A stretch of 64,000 nt of DNA. Source: Terriglobia bacterium. Lineage in GTDB: Bacteria; Acidobacteriota; Terriglobia; 2-12-FULL-54-10. The notes beneath the pieces were generated by a model. It ran no database searches. It was not told the origin of the DNA and saw only the letters and a list, made by a program, of their open reading frames with translations. The position numbers were made by a program, and so were the translations under genes. Below, piece by piece: positions 51,820-61,222 of this stretch (positions within the stretch are counted from its first letter, which is position 1; every line of letters starts with the position of its first letter). Where the stretch lies: contig CAXVYR010000003.1 of assembly GCA_963666975.2 (NCBI GenBank), forward strand, positions 128,001-192,000, read 5' to 3'.

Positions 51820-52098
51820 GTGATCCAGAACTTCCGGCACAAAGGGCTCAGACGGCTGTTTGCGAACGGCGAGTCGCAGGGAATCCGGGCTGATCTAGTG
51901 GAGAAGGTAGAGAACATCCTCGCCGTGCTGAACCGTGCGCGAGTACCGGCGGTCATGAACCTGCCAGGCTTTCGACTGCATCGGCTCAAAGGCGACCGGA
52001 AAGGTTTCTGGAGCATTACAGTACGGGCCAATTGGCGCGTGACCTTCCGTTTCGAAAACGGAGAGGCTTACGACGTTGATTTAGTGGACTACCATTGA
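51820..52098 (+). CDS. higB: HigB/RelE-family toxin
   Basis: IQNFRHKGLRRLF, LHRLKGD, WSITVRANWRVTF, DYH terminus. Confidence 0.92.
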   Translation: MIQNFRHKGLRRLFANGESQGIRADLVEKVENILAVLNRARVPAVMNLPGFRLHRLKGDRKGFWSITVRANWRVTFRFENGEAYDVDLVDYH

Positions 52099-52110
52099 GG
52101 AGGAACCGCG

Positions 52111-52410
52111 ATGCGCATGAAGAACCCACCCCACCCGGGCCGGATTGTGCGGCAGGAGTGCGTCGAGCCGCTGGGGCTTACCGTTACCCAGGCCGCACGC
52201 GCTTTGGGCGTGACCCGACAGGCCCTTAACAACCTCGTGAATGGCAAGGCCGGGGTTTCCCCGGAGATGGCCATCCGGCTTTCCAAGGCCTTCGGCAGCA
52301 GCCCCGAAGTATGGCTCGGGATACAGATGGAATACGATCTGGCGCGGGCGGAAAAGAAAGCCGGACACATCAAGGTCAGGCGGATCGAGCCAAAACACGT
52401 TGCGACCTAG
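52111..52410 (+). CDS. higA: HigA antitoxin (Xre HTH)
   Basis: NPPHPG, VSPEMAIRLSKAFG, WLGIQ..YDL. Confidence 0.92.
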   Translation: MRMKNPPHPGRIVRQECVEPLGLTVTQAARALGVTRQALNNLVNGKAGVSPEMAIRLSKAFGSSPEVWLGIQMEYDLARAEKKAGHIKVRRIEPKHVAT

Positions 52411-52556
52411 ACCGGGAGCAACCGGCGATGTCCATGTATAATTACGACCGTGAGGGCGTGACTGCGGCAGACCGGCGGTTTCACTTTAGGATGACCGGCT
52501 GTCGGTTTATCCAAGTCACCCTAAACAGAAGTTAGCTGAGCCTAAGGATCACCGAC

Positions 52557-53596
52557 ATGAAGATTCCCGACTCCGTTCCTTGGCGTTCCACGGGCAGGAC
52601 CCTCGGCAGTGGGGGGCAGGGCGATGTCCACCTTGTCACCCGACGCGACCAGCCGGAAGGCGCACGGTACGCCCTGAAAGCGCTTCGAAATGTGCAATCG
52701 CGCCAGGCGAGAGAGCGCTTTCGGCGAGAGATCGAGGCTGTGAAGCACCTTGATCATCCGGCCATCGCCAATATCATTGATCAATCAGAGCCAGACGATC
52801 CCTTCCAGTTCTACGTGATGGAATATTATGAGGGGGCCAAAACGCTCGCCAGTGTCATTTTCTCCGACTTGAATCCGTATCGTGGAAAGGCGATAAAATG
52901 CCTCTACCTGTTCGAGCAGATCGTGCTTGCCATCCGTGCTTGCGAACAAGCCTCACCGCAGGTCATTCATCGAGACATCAACCCCAAGAACATCCTGCTC
53001 CTACCTGACGGTACTCTTCGCGTGATTGACTTCGGCGTCTGCCAGTTCCAGGACGGACAGATCGTGACTCTCGTTGATGAGGACGTTGGCGCTCGGAACT
53101 ACGCCGCTCCGGAGTGCGAGGCCGGGAATGACGCCCAAATCGGAGTCCATTCCGACCTGTACTCCGCTGCCAAAGTCTTGTGGTCGGCGGTTACATCCCA
53201 GAGAGCGTTCAGCCGAGAGGAGCCAGCGTTCGGTAGCAGGTCGATGTGCCAGTTGTTTCCGACACAGCCTACCATTGGCATCTGACTCTAGTGTTCGAGA
53301 AGACCATACGGGCCAACCCAGGTGACCGGTTTCAGACTACAGTCTCCTTATTGAATCTGCTGGAGGAAGTACGATACGTGGTTGAGCGAGGTTATCCGCC
53401 GCTCGAAGAGGTGGCCACACGATGTCCTTCCTGCGGGTGGCAGAAGCTCGAAAACTTCCCTTCGGGACATGTCGTCTTCGGTAACCCCAATCCTTCTGGC
53501 GTCGTTTCGCTCATCTGCTCATACTGCGGCTTCGGTTTCGTCAGAAACATGAACTACATTCATGATAATAAGAAGCGCCTACAGAGTCTGAAGTGA
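52557..53596 (+). CDS. Hanks-type Ser/Thr kinase with C-terminal zinc ribbon (frameshift near 53270)
   Basis: GSGGQG, ALK, REIE, HRDINPKN, DFG, APE; second frame continues the C-lobe and ends CPSC...CSYC. Confidence 0.8.
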
Positions 53597-53790
53597 GGGC
53601 GCAGCGGGTAGTCCCTCCGAGCGCTATTTGTCGCCGTGGACTTTTTTTGGATTTACGAACCCACTACCACGCCCCTCGGTCTGTTCGGTGGGCAGCAGTC
53701 GAAGCCGCGTGTGTAAGCAGGCGGGCAATTGACCGCTCCCTCACAGCCTGCCAGAGCCTGTCGAAGAGGTCGCGGCTCGGATGTAGCTTC

Positions 53791-54996
53791 CTACTCCCCT
53801 AGCGCCAGCCGGGCGTCAGCCTGTGTTTCCCAGGTGGCAAACTGCCCGGCCTGGAATTTAGGGAAGGCGGCGGCTGCAATCATGGCGGCGTTGTCGGTGG
53901 AGAGGCCGGGGCGAGGGAAAAACACCGGCGGCAGCCGGCCCGCAATTCCCCGGAACCGTTCCCGCAACAGGGAATTTGCCGCCACTCCGCCGGCGACGAA
54001 AACGGAATTAACATCTTCGGTTTCCGCTGCCGCCAAACAATGCTGCAACAATTCCTCCACGACCGTTTTCTGGAAGCTGGCCAGCAGGTCCAGAGTTTTC
54101 GGGGAAGTATGAGAAAGCAGTTCTGTAATTCCCGCTTCGGGGTGCTGTTTCCGGAAGGCAGCCCGTTCGGCGCTCTCCGCGCCCAGTCCGTGGGTTTGCA
54201 CGTAGCGGAGCACGGCGGTCTTGATGCCGCTGAAGCTGAAATCCAGCGAGTTGCCCTTCATTTTTGCTTTGGTAAAGGCAACTGCATCGGGGTTGCCATG
54301 CCGTGCAAGCTGGTCGAGCACAGGCCCGCCCGGATATCCCAGTCCCAGCAGTTTGGCTACTTTGTCGAATGCCTCGCCGGCGGCGTCATCTCGGGTTCGT
54401 CCGACAATGCGGTGGGAAAACAGAGGAGCAAGCGGGCGAGCTTCGGTGGCCGGGCTGGAGATTTTTTTCGTAACCTTCTGCGCAACCTGCTGAGTGACAG
54501 CGAGCAGTGTATGTCCCCCGCTGACCACCAGGGAGAGGGCGGGGAACTCGGGTTCCTCGTGTTGCTGGAGATGCTCTTCCAGCAACACCGCGTAAATATG
54601 GCCTTCCAGATGATTGACCGCGACCAGCGGTTTGCCCAGAGAAAGCGCCAGTGACTTGGCGTAGGTGAGGCCCACCAGCAGAGCGCCTACCAGTCCCGGC
54701 CCCTGCGTGACGGCGATGGCGTCCAATTGCGGGTACTCCAGGCCCGCCTGCTCGACCGCCTCCCGCACAACCGGAACGATGTTGCGCAGGTGCTCCCGGC
54801 ATGCCAGTTCCGGCACGACGCCGCCGTACTTCCCGTGCGTCGCCATCTGCGAAGCCACCACGCTCGAAGCAATTCGCGCACCGCTTTCCACGACGGCCGC
54901 CGCGGTCTCATCGCAAGAGGTCTCAATGCCCAGGATTCGGACCGGGGCCGGATGGATAGCTTCTTCTTTTTTGTCTTCCATTGAGGGGGTTTTCAT
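53791..54996 (-). CDS. tsaD: tRNA N6-adenosine threonylcarbamoyltransferase
   Basis: [36 protein letters not shown]. Confidence 0.96.
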   Translation of the reverse strand: MKTPSMEDKKEEAIHPAPVRILGIETSCDETAAAVVESGARIASSVVASQMATHGKYGGVVPELACREHLRNIVPVVREAVEQAGLEYPQLDAIAVTQGPGLVGALLVGLTYAKSLALSLGKPLVAVNHLEGHIYAVLLEEHLQQHEEPEFPALSLVVSGGHTLLAVTQQVAQKVTKKISSPATEARPLAPLFSHRIVGRTRDDAAGEAFDKVAKLLGLGYPGGPVLDQLARHGNPDAVAFTKAKMKGNSLDFSFSGIKTAVLRYVQTHGLGAESAERAAFRKQHPEAGITELLSHTSPKTLDLLASFQKTVVEELLQHCLAAAETEDVNSVFVAGGVAANSLLRERFRGIAGRLPPVFFPRPGLSTDNAAMIAAAAFPKFQAGQFATWETQADARLALGE

Positions 54997-55934
54997 TGTT
55001 TATACCGGCGTACCACGATCTCGTCTCCCACCTCGAAGCTCATCAAATCCTCTCCTACCGCTAAGGGCCCGCTGTAAGTTATCCGTGTGGGAATAATAAA
55101 ATCTTCCGTCTGTGCTGCGGCAGGAACAATGTGGGAATATACCGCCAACTTCGGTTTTACGCGCGCGAAAATTTCTCCCGCCTGCTCCGGCGTGGTGTGA
55201 TGCGCGATGATGGTTCGCGCCCGCTCCAGGGGATACCCGAGGGATAGGAACCGATCTTCTCCAGCGGCCACCTCGTGGATTAACAAATCTGCTCCCTGCG
55301 CGAACCGAATCAAATTTTCCGAGGGACGGGTATCTCCGGAGAGCACCACAGACCGCCCCGCATAGTCGATACGGTATCCGAGCGCAGGCTTGATCGGACG
55401 ATGGTCCACGTCGAATGCTGTCACCTTCACCCCGTTTTGCTCATACACCACGCCTTCGGTGATGTCGTTTGCGAGAAAGAGCACACCCTGGGGCGGCGGT
55501 CTTGTGTCATACAGCCGGATTCGGATATCGAACCGGTACGCCTGATCGAGGTGTGACATCATCTCCACAGTTCCCCTCGGCCCCCAAACACGAAACGGAA
55601 CCTCCCGCCGCCCGGCCGTGACCCACCCGGTCAGCCACAGATCCGGAATTCCAACCACATGATCTGAATGCAGGTGTGTAAGAAAAAGGGCATGCACCGC
55701 TCCCAACGGTATTTTTAACTGGTAGATTCGTTGAACGGCCCCCCGGCCGCAATCAAACAAAAGTTTTTCTGTTCCGGCTTCCACCAGGATGCTCGGCCCG
55801 AACCGGTCCATCACCGGGGTGGGGCTGCCTGTGCCGAGCAGCGTCACCTTGAGGCTTTGCGCCGGCGCGAGAGCTGGCGCGAGCAGGAGCAACACCCCTG
55901 CAATTCCTTTATAGATCACGGCGGGCACTTTCAT
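54993..55934 (-). CDS. exported MBL-fold hydrolase (RNase Z/AtsA-like)
   Basis: Signal peptide; LLGTG, DCG, THLHSDH, SGDT, LIHE. Confidence 0.85.
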   Translation of the reverse strand: MKVPAVIYKGIAGVLLLLAPALAPAQSLKVTLLGTGSPTPVMDRFGPSILVEAGTEKLLFDCGRGAVQRIYQLKIPLGAVHALFLTHLHSDHVVGIPDLWLTGWVTAGRREVPFRVWGPRGTVEMMSHLDQAYRFDIRIRLYDTRPPPQGVLFLANDITEGVVYEQNGVKVTAFDVDHRPIKPALGYRIDYAGRSVVLSGDTRPSENLIRFAQGADLLIHEVAAGEDRFLSLGYPLERARTIIAHHTTPEQAGEIFARVKPKLAVYSHIVPAAAQTEDFIIPTRITYSGPLAVGEDLMSFEVGDEIVVRRYKQ

Positions 55935-56280
55935 TTTCCTTCCTCCTCTTTCGTTCTCCCGTTCTCCCCATAGCTGTCAGGTTTGCTTGCCTATGTGGAG
56001 AATTGTGACCGGAGACATCTTTCATCCACCATCCACCATCCGCGCTGCGATTGTCCTTATTGTAGCCGAAACGCGCATAGACACCAGAGCTGCCCGTTGT
56101 GCTGGTCTTTCCAACCCGGCAAATGGCAAAAAAGGAAATTGCCAAATCTTCTTGCCGGGCGTATGAAGATTCTCTAAAATGAGGCTTCGCTTTCAATCGG
56201 CGGCCGGTATGGAGCCCCATACGGGGCGCAGGTGTGGGATGATGATATCGCGGAGCAAGCTCGACGGCAGGGAGGAACGC

Positions 56281-56617
56281 GTGGACGAAAAACGACGGAG
56301 TAAACGAATCGCGCAAATGATTACCATCCAGGTGATCGGGATGCAGCAATGATTACCATCCAGGTGATCGGGATGCAGGGGGATCCTCGGCGGTGGGCCA
56401 GGCAGCCGAGACCGTGGAGGTGAACAACCACGGCGCTCTCTTGAAAGCACGGTCCAAGTTTGAACCGGGAGCGGAGGTCATGATTCACAATACCAAGAAT
56501 TTGCAGAACGGCCTGTTTAAAATCGTTTGGTCAAAACCTTCGCCCGCCGGGTCAGCCTGGAATGTCGCGGTGGCATACCAGGATGGCGACGCAACCGAAT
56601 TTTGGGGAATCCAGTGA
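56281..56617 (+). pseudogene. PilZ-like domain protein broken by a 31-bp duplication
   Basis: EKRRSKR (RxxxR) then ETVEVNNHGALL; AATGATTACCATCCAGGTGATCGGGATGCAG duplicated at 56316 and 56348. Confidence 0.6.
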
Positions 56618-56765
56618 AGGACTGCCGGTTGCTGTCCGGATTGAAAGCGCCGCGATATCCGCAGCAAAAGTGAGCCTGTTGCCGGCAACCTGCGAACACC
56701 CGCACCACGGCACCACTGATTTTCGTGAGTAATCCTTCATCTGCGGAATCCTGCCGGAATCTGCA

Positions 56766-57035
56766 ATGACAACAGCCAAATTGTATTTTGTGGAAGGACG
56801 AGTGCAAGGCGTAGGTTTCCGCTTTTTTGTGGAAAGAGCCGCTGCGGAATTGGGACTGAAAGGGTACGTGCGAAACTGTGCAGACGGCCGCGTGGAGGTG
56901 TACGCCGCCGGGAAGGAGGAGGCGCTGGCGCAATTGCGGGAGCGGTTGGAGGCCGGTCCCCGGGCCGGCCGGGTGGAGAGATTGCAAGAGCAGGCAGCTC
57001 CATTCAGGCAATACAAAAATTTTTCGATCCAATAA
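56766..57035 (+). CDS. acyP: acylphosphatase
   Basis: [19 protein letters not shown]. Confidence 0.95.
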   Translation: MTTAKLYFVEGRVQGVGFRFFVERAAAELGLKGYVRNCADGRVEVYAAGKEEALAQLRERLEAGPRAGRVERLQEQAAPFRQYKNFSIQ

Positions 57036-57078
57036 TGCTTCCGGGCATGTTCCGGTGAAGCGCACACGAGGAAATACT

Positions 57079-57600
57079 GTGGAAGAACTGAAAAAATTAA
57101 TTCGCGAAGTTCCGGATTGGCCTAAGAGGGGAATTCTTTTTTACGACATCACCACACTGCTCAAGGACAAAGCCGGCTTGAAACAGCTCATCGATGCGCT
57201 CGCGGCACAGTATTCCGGCCAGCAGATCGATCTGGTGCTGGGCATCGAAGCGCGCGGCTTCATCTTCGCTCCGGCGCTGGCCTGCCGGCTGGGAGCGGGA
57301 TTTGCGCCGGTCCGCAAGCCGGGCAAGCTGCCGGCGGAGACGGCGAGCGTCACCTATGAGTTGGAGTATGGAACCGACTCTCTGGAGATGCACCGCGATG
57401 CGATCCAGCCCGGACAGCGCGTGCTGATTGTGGACGACCTGCTGGCGACGGGAGGAACCGGAAGCGCTTGCGTACGGCTGGCGCGAGAACTGGGAGCCGA
57501 GGTGGCCGGCGTGGCCGTAGTTGTGGAGCTGGAATTTTTGCGCGGGCGATCCAAGCTGGATGGCGTGGATGTTTTCTCGCTGTTGCAGTATTCAGCATGA
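57079..57600 (+). CDS. apt: adenine phosphoribosyltransferase
   Basis: [35 protein letters not shown]. Confidence 0.97.
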   Translation: MEELKKLIREVPDWPKRGILFYDITTLLKDKAGLKQLIDALAAQYSGQQIDLVLGIEARGFIFAPALACRLGAGFAPVRKPGKLPAETASVTYELEYGTDSLEMHRDAIQPGQRVLIVDDLLATGGTGSACVRLARELGAEVAGVAVVVELEFLRGRSKLDGVDVFSLLQYSA

Positions 57601-57833
57601 AAATCTGCCGGGACAATGCTTATAAAAGAAAGCAAAGCATTGCTGCGCACGCTAGTCGTTCGGCGCAACGCGCCGGGCAAGGTATCGAGATTGATACTGA
57701 GAAATGCGGGGCTCCGGCGCTTTTCGGAAGGCCGGTGCCCGCGTATCACAAGCGTCGCGCATTGATCGCGACTGTGACGGCGACCTGTTCGCAAAATGAA
57801 AACTTTTCGCCGTCGCTCACAAAGATTTTTTTC

Positions 57834-57864
57834 TTGACATTTATTTTCCCAATCCGTATACATT
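57834..57864 (+). promoter_or_regulatory. sigma70 promoter of micropeptide gene
   Basis: TTGACA(57834)-17-TATACA(TT) with upstream T-tract. Confidence 0.6.
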
Positions 57865-57931
57865 AAGAATCAACAAGCGGCGAGGTAGACGAAACGTTCG
57901 CCGTGAAAGAAAATTTGATACGAAAGGGAGA

Positions 57932-58006
57932 ATGGAAACGATGAAATGCGCAACTAAGAAAGCTAAGAAGAAACCCGCCGCCAAGGCCAAAAAGAAAAAG
58001 AGATAG
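57932..58006 (+). CDS. Lys/Ala-rich micropeptide (21-24 aa)
   Basis: AAGGGAG RBS; (MET)MKCATKKAKKKPAAKAKKKKR; own promoter and terminator. Confidence 0.6.
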   Translation: METMKCATKKAKKKPAAKAKKKKR

Positions 58007-58028
58007 TGACGGCGGAGCTTCCGGGATT

Positions 58029-58065
58029 GAGGGGGGACGAAAATTCGTCCCCCTTTTTGTTTTTC
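58029..58065 (+). terminator. intrinsic terminator
   Basis: GGGGGACGAA-AA-TTCGTCCCCC then TTTTTGTTTTT. Confidence 0.85.
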
Positions 58066-58095
58066 TGGAGACTCCGCTGATTTTGCTCGCGAGGG

Positions 58096-58455
58096 TTACT
58101 CGTCCAAATGCAGGGGCGCCAGCAGGGACTCGATATTGGAGGCGCTGACGCGGATGCGGGCCAGTTCTTCCGGCCGGCTGCTTTCATCGAACGCGCTGAA
58201 CAGCCGCATCTTCGCAGCGGCGTATTTTTCCGTGTCCCCGAGCGGACGGTCGTGGCTTTTCTCCCACCGAGCCACGGCTGATTCTTCCACCACCACTTCC
58301 ACCACAAAAGAAGTTTTCCGGTCGCTGGAAACGCTAAACAAAAAACTGCTGCTGCTCCGTCCGAGAAGACGGCGCCGGGTGCGCGACTGTAAAAAGTAAT
58401 ACTGATAAACGACGCCGCTGTCTCCGGAGTAAGTTTTCATGCGGCGGACCGGCAT
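58096..58455 (-). CDS. hypothetical protein
   Basis: Plausible 119-aa ORF collinear with the GT2 gene (VRRMKTYS..YQYYF, YAAAKMRLF). Confidence 0.6.
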   Translation of the reverse strand: MPVRRMKTYSGDSGVVYQYYFLQSRTRRRLLGRSSSSFLFSVSSDRKTSFVVEVVVEESAVARWEKSHDRPLGDTEKYAAAKMRLFSAFDESSRPEELARIRVSASNIESLLAPLHLDE

Positions 58456-58501
58456 GGGTTCAATGCCTTTGAATCGTGGATGGAAGGTGGCCGGGACCGC
58501 G

Positions 58502-59485
58502 TTACAGGATGCCGGCTTTTCGGGAACGCCCGATCACCTGCGAGACTGCGTAGATGCGCCGCTGCTGACCCTCGAAGTAGATTCGCGTGAGAACCTCTCC
58601 GATCAAGCCGGTGGAGACCAGTTGAATTCCCGCCAGCACAAAAACGACCGCTGCCAGCAAAAGCGGTCCGTGTTCCAGGAAGATGGCATGTCCGCGCAGT
58701 TTTTCGTAAAGCAGGTATGCCAGAGCCGCAAAGCCCGCCGCAAAACAGCCGAGGCCCAGCTTGCCAAAAAGATGCAGAGGGCGCGTCAAGTAACGAAGCA
58801 GAAAGCGGACGGTCAGCAGGTCAAAGAAAACGCGCAGCGTGCGGCCCAGCCCGTAGTGGGATTGTCCGGCGGTGCGAACCGTGTTCCGAATGGGAACTTC
58901 CGCGATGCGCGCTCCCTGCAAGCTGGCCAGGGCGGGGATAAAACGGTGCAGTTCTCCGTAAAGGTTCACGCTGCGGATGGTCTCGCGGCGGTAGGCCTTG
59001 AAGGTGGTTCCGAAGTCGTGCAGCGGAACCCCCGACAGAAGGCGCATGACCCAGTTGGCCACCGCCGAAGGAAAACGGCGGGTGATGAAATTATCTACCC
59101 GCTGTTTTCTCCATCCGCTGGCGATATCGTACCCCTGATGAATTTTTTCAATCAGCAGCGGCAGGTCCGCCGGATCGTGCTGGAAGTCGCCATCCATCGC
59201 GACAATCACTTCGCCGCGGGCGTAATCAAATCCTGCGGCCAGCGCCGCGTTCTGGCCGAAGTTGCGGCGCAGCCGGACCACCACGACGCGCGAGTCCAGC
59301 GCGGCGATCTGTTCCAACAAGCCGAACGAACCGTCCGTGCTGGCGTCATCCACAAAGATGATTTCAAAATCCCAATTCAGCGTCTCCATGGTTTCCACAA
59401 TCTTGGCAAACAGCGGGATGAGGTTCTCCTCTTCGTTGTGCGTGGGAATCACAATCGAGTAAACCGGAGACTTTTCTTTTTTCAT
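58502..59485 (-). CDS. GT2 polyprenol-phosphate glycosyltransferase (ArnC/GtrB-like)
   Basis: SIVIPTHNEE, VDDASTD, RNFGQ, MDGDFQ, two C-terminal TM helices. Confidence 0.9.
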   Translation of the reverse strand: MKKEKSPVYSIVIPTHNEEENLIPLFAKIVETMETLNWDFEIIFVDDASTDGSFGLLEQIAALDSRVVVVRLRRNFGQNAALAAGFDYARGEVIVAMDGDFQHDPADLPLLIEKIHQGYDIASGWRKQRVDNFITRRFPSAVANWVMRLLSGVPLHDFGTTFKAYRRETIRSVNLYGELHRFIPALASLQGARIAEVPIRNTVRTAGQSHYGLGRTLRVFFDLLTVRFLLRYLTRPLHLFGKLGLGCFAAGFAALAYLLYEKLRGHAIFLEHGPLLLAAVVFVLAGIQLVSTGLIGEVLTRIYFEGQQRRIYAVSQVIGRSRKAGIL

Positions 59486-59741
59486 TTTACTCTCCACCGG
59501 CTGACACAGGGACGGCCGCCAAGGGCTTCTGTGCCCTGCGCCCTGGTTCCCAGGGAAGATCACTGAACCGCGTCAGGACAATTCCTCGCTCCCTCATTTG
59601 GTCCCACAAGGACCCATCCACGACTGCTTCGAGTTCGGCTTCCCGGTTCCGTTTCAGCCGGGTCGGCGAAGATTGTGGAAATGGACAGGTGCCGTAAACT
59701 TCTATTATACCCTTCTTTCTAAGCCACAGCCTGAGTCGGAG

Positions 59742-59811
59742 GGTCGTGAGTCAGTTTCCGCGTCAGGGCACGGTTTTAACCTCTGTGCATAACGAAAGCT
59801 GACCCACTACC
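59742..59811. mobile_element. 70-bp IS1-type mini-MITE
   Basis: TIRs GGTCGTGAGTCAGTTTC / GAAAGCTGACCCACTACC; flanks AGTCGGAG / AGCCGGGG (6/8 degenerate TSD). Confidence 0.6.
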
Positions 59812-59918
59812 AGCCGGGGGAGATTCCTCGCCGCTCTTCCGCGCTCCAGGATAAAAGGGAAATGATAAAAGGGAAATAGCGTTGGATATAGAAGCGACCG
59901 GCAGGCAGAGACTGGAGA

Positions 59919-60977
59919 TCAAAGAGCTTGGAGAACAGCCTTGCCCAATTCATCTGTGGAGGCAGTGCCCTTCAGGTCTTGCGGGCGCAGCCCGGAGTCG
60001 ATCACCTTTATCACAGCGGCTTCCACCGCAGCCGCCTCTTGTTCCAGGCCGAAGCTGTGCCGCAACATCATGGCCGCAGAAAGGATGGTTCCCAGAGGAT
60101 TGGCGATTCCTTTCCCGGCAATGTCGGGTGCGGAGCCGTGGACCGGCTCATACAAGCCGGTATGCTCGCCCAGGGATGCCGAGGGCAGCATTCCGATGGA
60201 GCCGGTCAGCACAGCGGCCTCGTCACTGAGGATGTCGCCAAACAGGTTTTCGGTGACCACTACGTCGAAGCGCCGCGGATTTTGGACAATCTGCATGGCG
60301 CAGGAATCTACGAGCATATGTTCGAGTTGAACATCCGGAAATTCCGCGGCCCCCAGTTGGGTGACCGTTGCTCGCCAGAGCTGGGAATTTTCGAGCACGT
60401 TGGCCTTATCTACACTCACAACGCGCTTTTTTCTGCCGCGAGCCAGCTTGAAGGCCATGCGGGCAATCCGCTCGATCTCAGAACGGCTATAGGCCATTGT
60501 GTTCACAGCTCTCGGCTCTCCGCTCTCCTGGCTGACGCCGCGAGGAGTGCCGTAGTAAAGTCCTCCGGTTAGTTCCCGCACCAAGAGCAGGTTGGTTCCA
60601 TGCACGATCTCCGGACGAAGAGGAGAAAAGCTCTCGAGCGCCTGGAAGCAGATGGCGGGACGCAAATTGGCAAAGACATGAAGCTCTTTGCGCAGACGCA
60701 GCAATCCTTTTTCCGGCCGCTTCTCCGGAGGCAGGGCATCGAACTCCGGGTGTCCCACCGCTCCCAGAAGGACCGCGCCGGAGGACTTGGCCAGCGTCAG
60801 CGTCTCGGGCGGCAGCGGGTCGCCGGCGGCACGGATGGCCGCAGCGCCGATCAGCCCGGAAGCGATCTCCAGTTGATGCGAATGATTTCGGCAGACCGCC
60901 TCCAGGACGGCAACAGCCTGCGCCGTGACTTCCGGTCCAATTCCATCACCTGCCAGCAATGCGATGCACAGTTTCAT
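59919..60977 (-). CDS. leuB: 3-isopropylmalate dehydrogenase
   Basis: [44 protein letters not shown]. Confidence 0.97.
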   Translation of the reverse strand: MKLCIALLAGDGIGPEVTAQAVAVLEAVCRNHSHQLEIASGLIGAAAIRAAGDPLPPETLTLAKSSGAVLLGAVGHPEFDALPPEKRPEKGLLRLRKELHVFANLRPAICFQALESFSPLRPEIVHGTNLLLVRELTGGLYYGTPRGVSQESGEPRAVNTMAYSRSEIERIARMAFKLARGRKKRVVSVDKANVLENSQLWRATVTQLGAAEFPDVQLEHMLVDSCAMQIVQNPRRFDVVVTENLFGDILSDEAAVLTGSIGMLPSASLGEHTGLYEPVHGSAPDIAGKGIANPLGTILSAAMMLRHSFGLEQEAAAVEAAVIKVIDSGLRPQDLKGTASTDELGKAVLQAL

Positions 60978-61222
60978 CGGAAGCGGTCTCCTTTGGAGGG
61001 CCCCGGCAATACCGGGGCGCGCGTGAGATATCAGAGTGTCAACGAGCCGTCATTGTAGCAAGCTTCAGAAGGTTTAACAGAGGCCACATGGGAGAGAGAT
61101 TCTTAGGGATAAATTTCCCTTTAGTGAACAGCAATGAAGATCGCCAACGCCGTTACCGGGTTGGTTTCCCCGCGCCCGCGACGGCACTGCCCTCGTGCCG
61201 GCAGCCGTTTTTGCCGCATCGG

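Noticed and set aside
51640-53790. Integron cassette array around higBA and the kinase
   Set aside because: A hairpin near 52485-52525 exists, but it lacks matching RYYYAAC/GTTRRRY attC boxes and no integrase is present.
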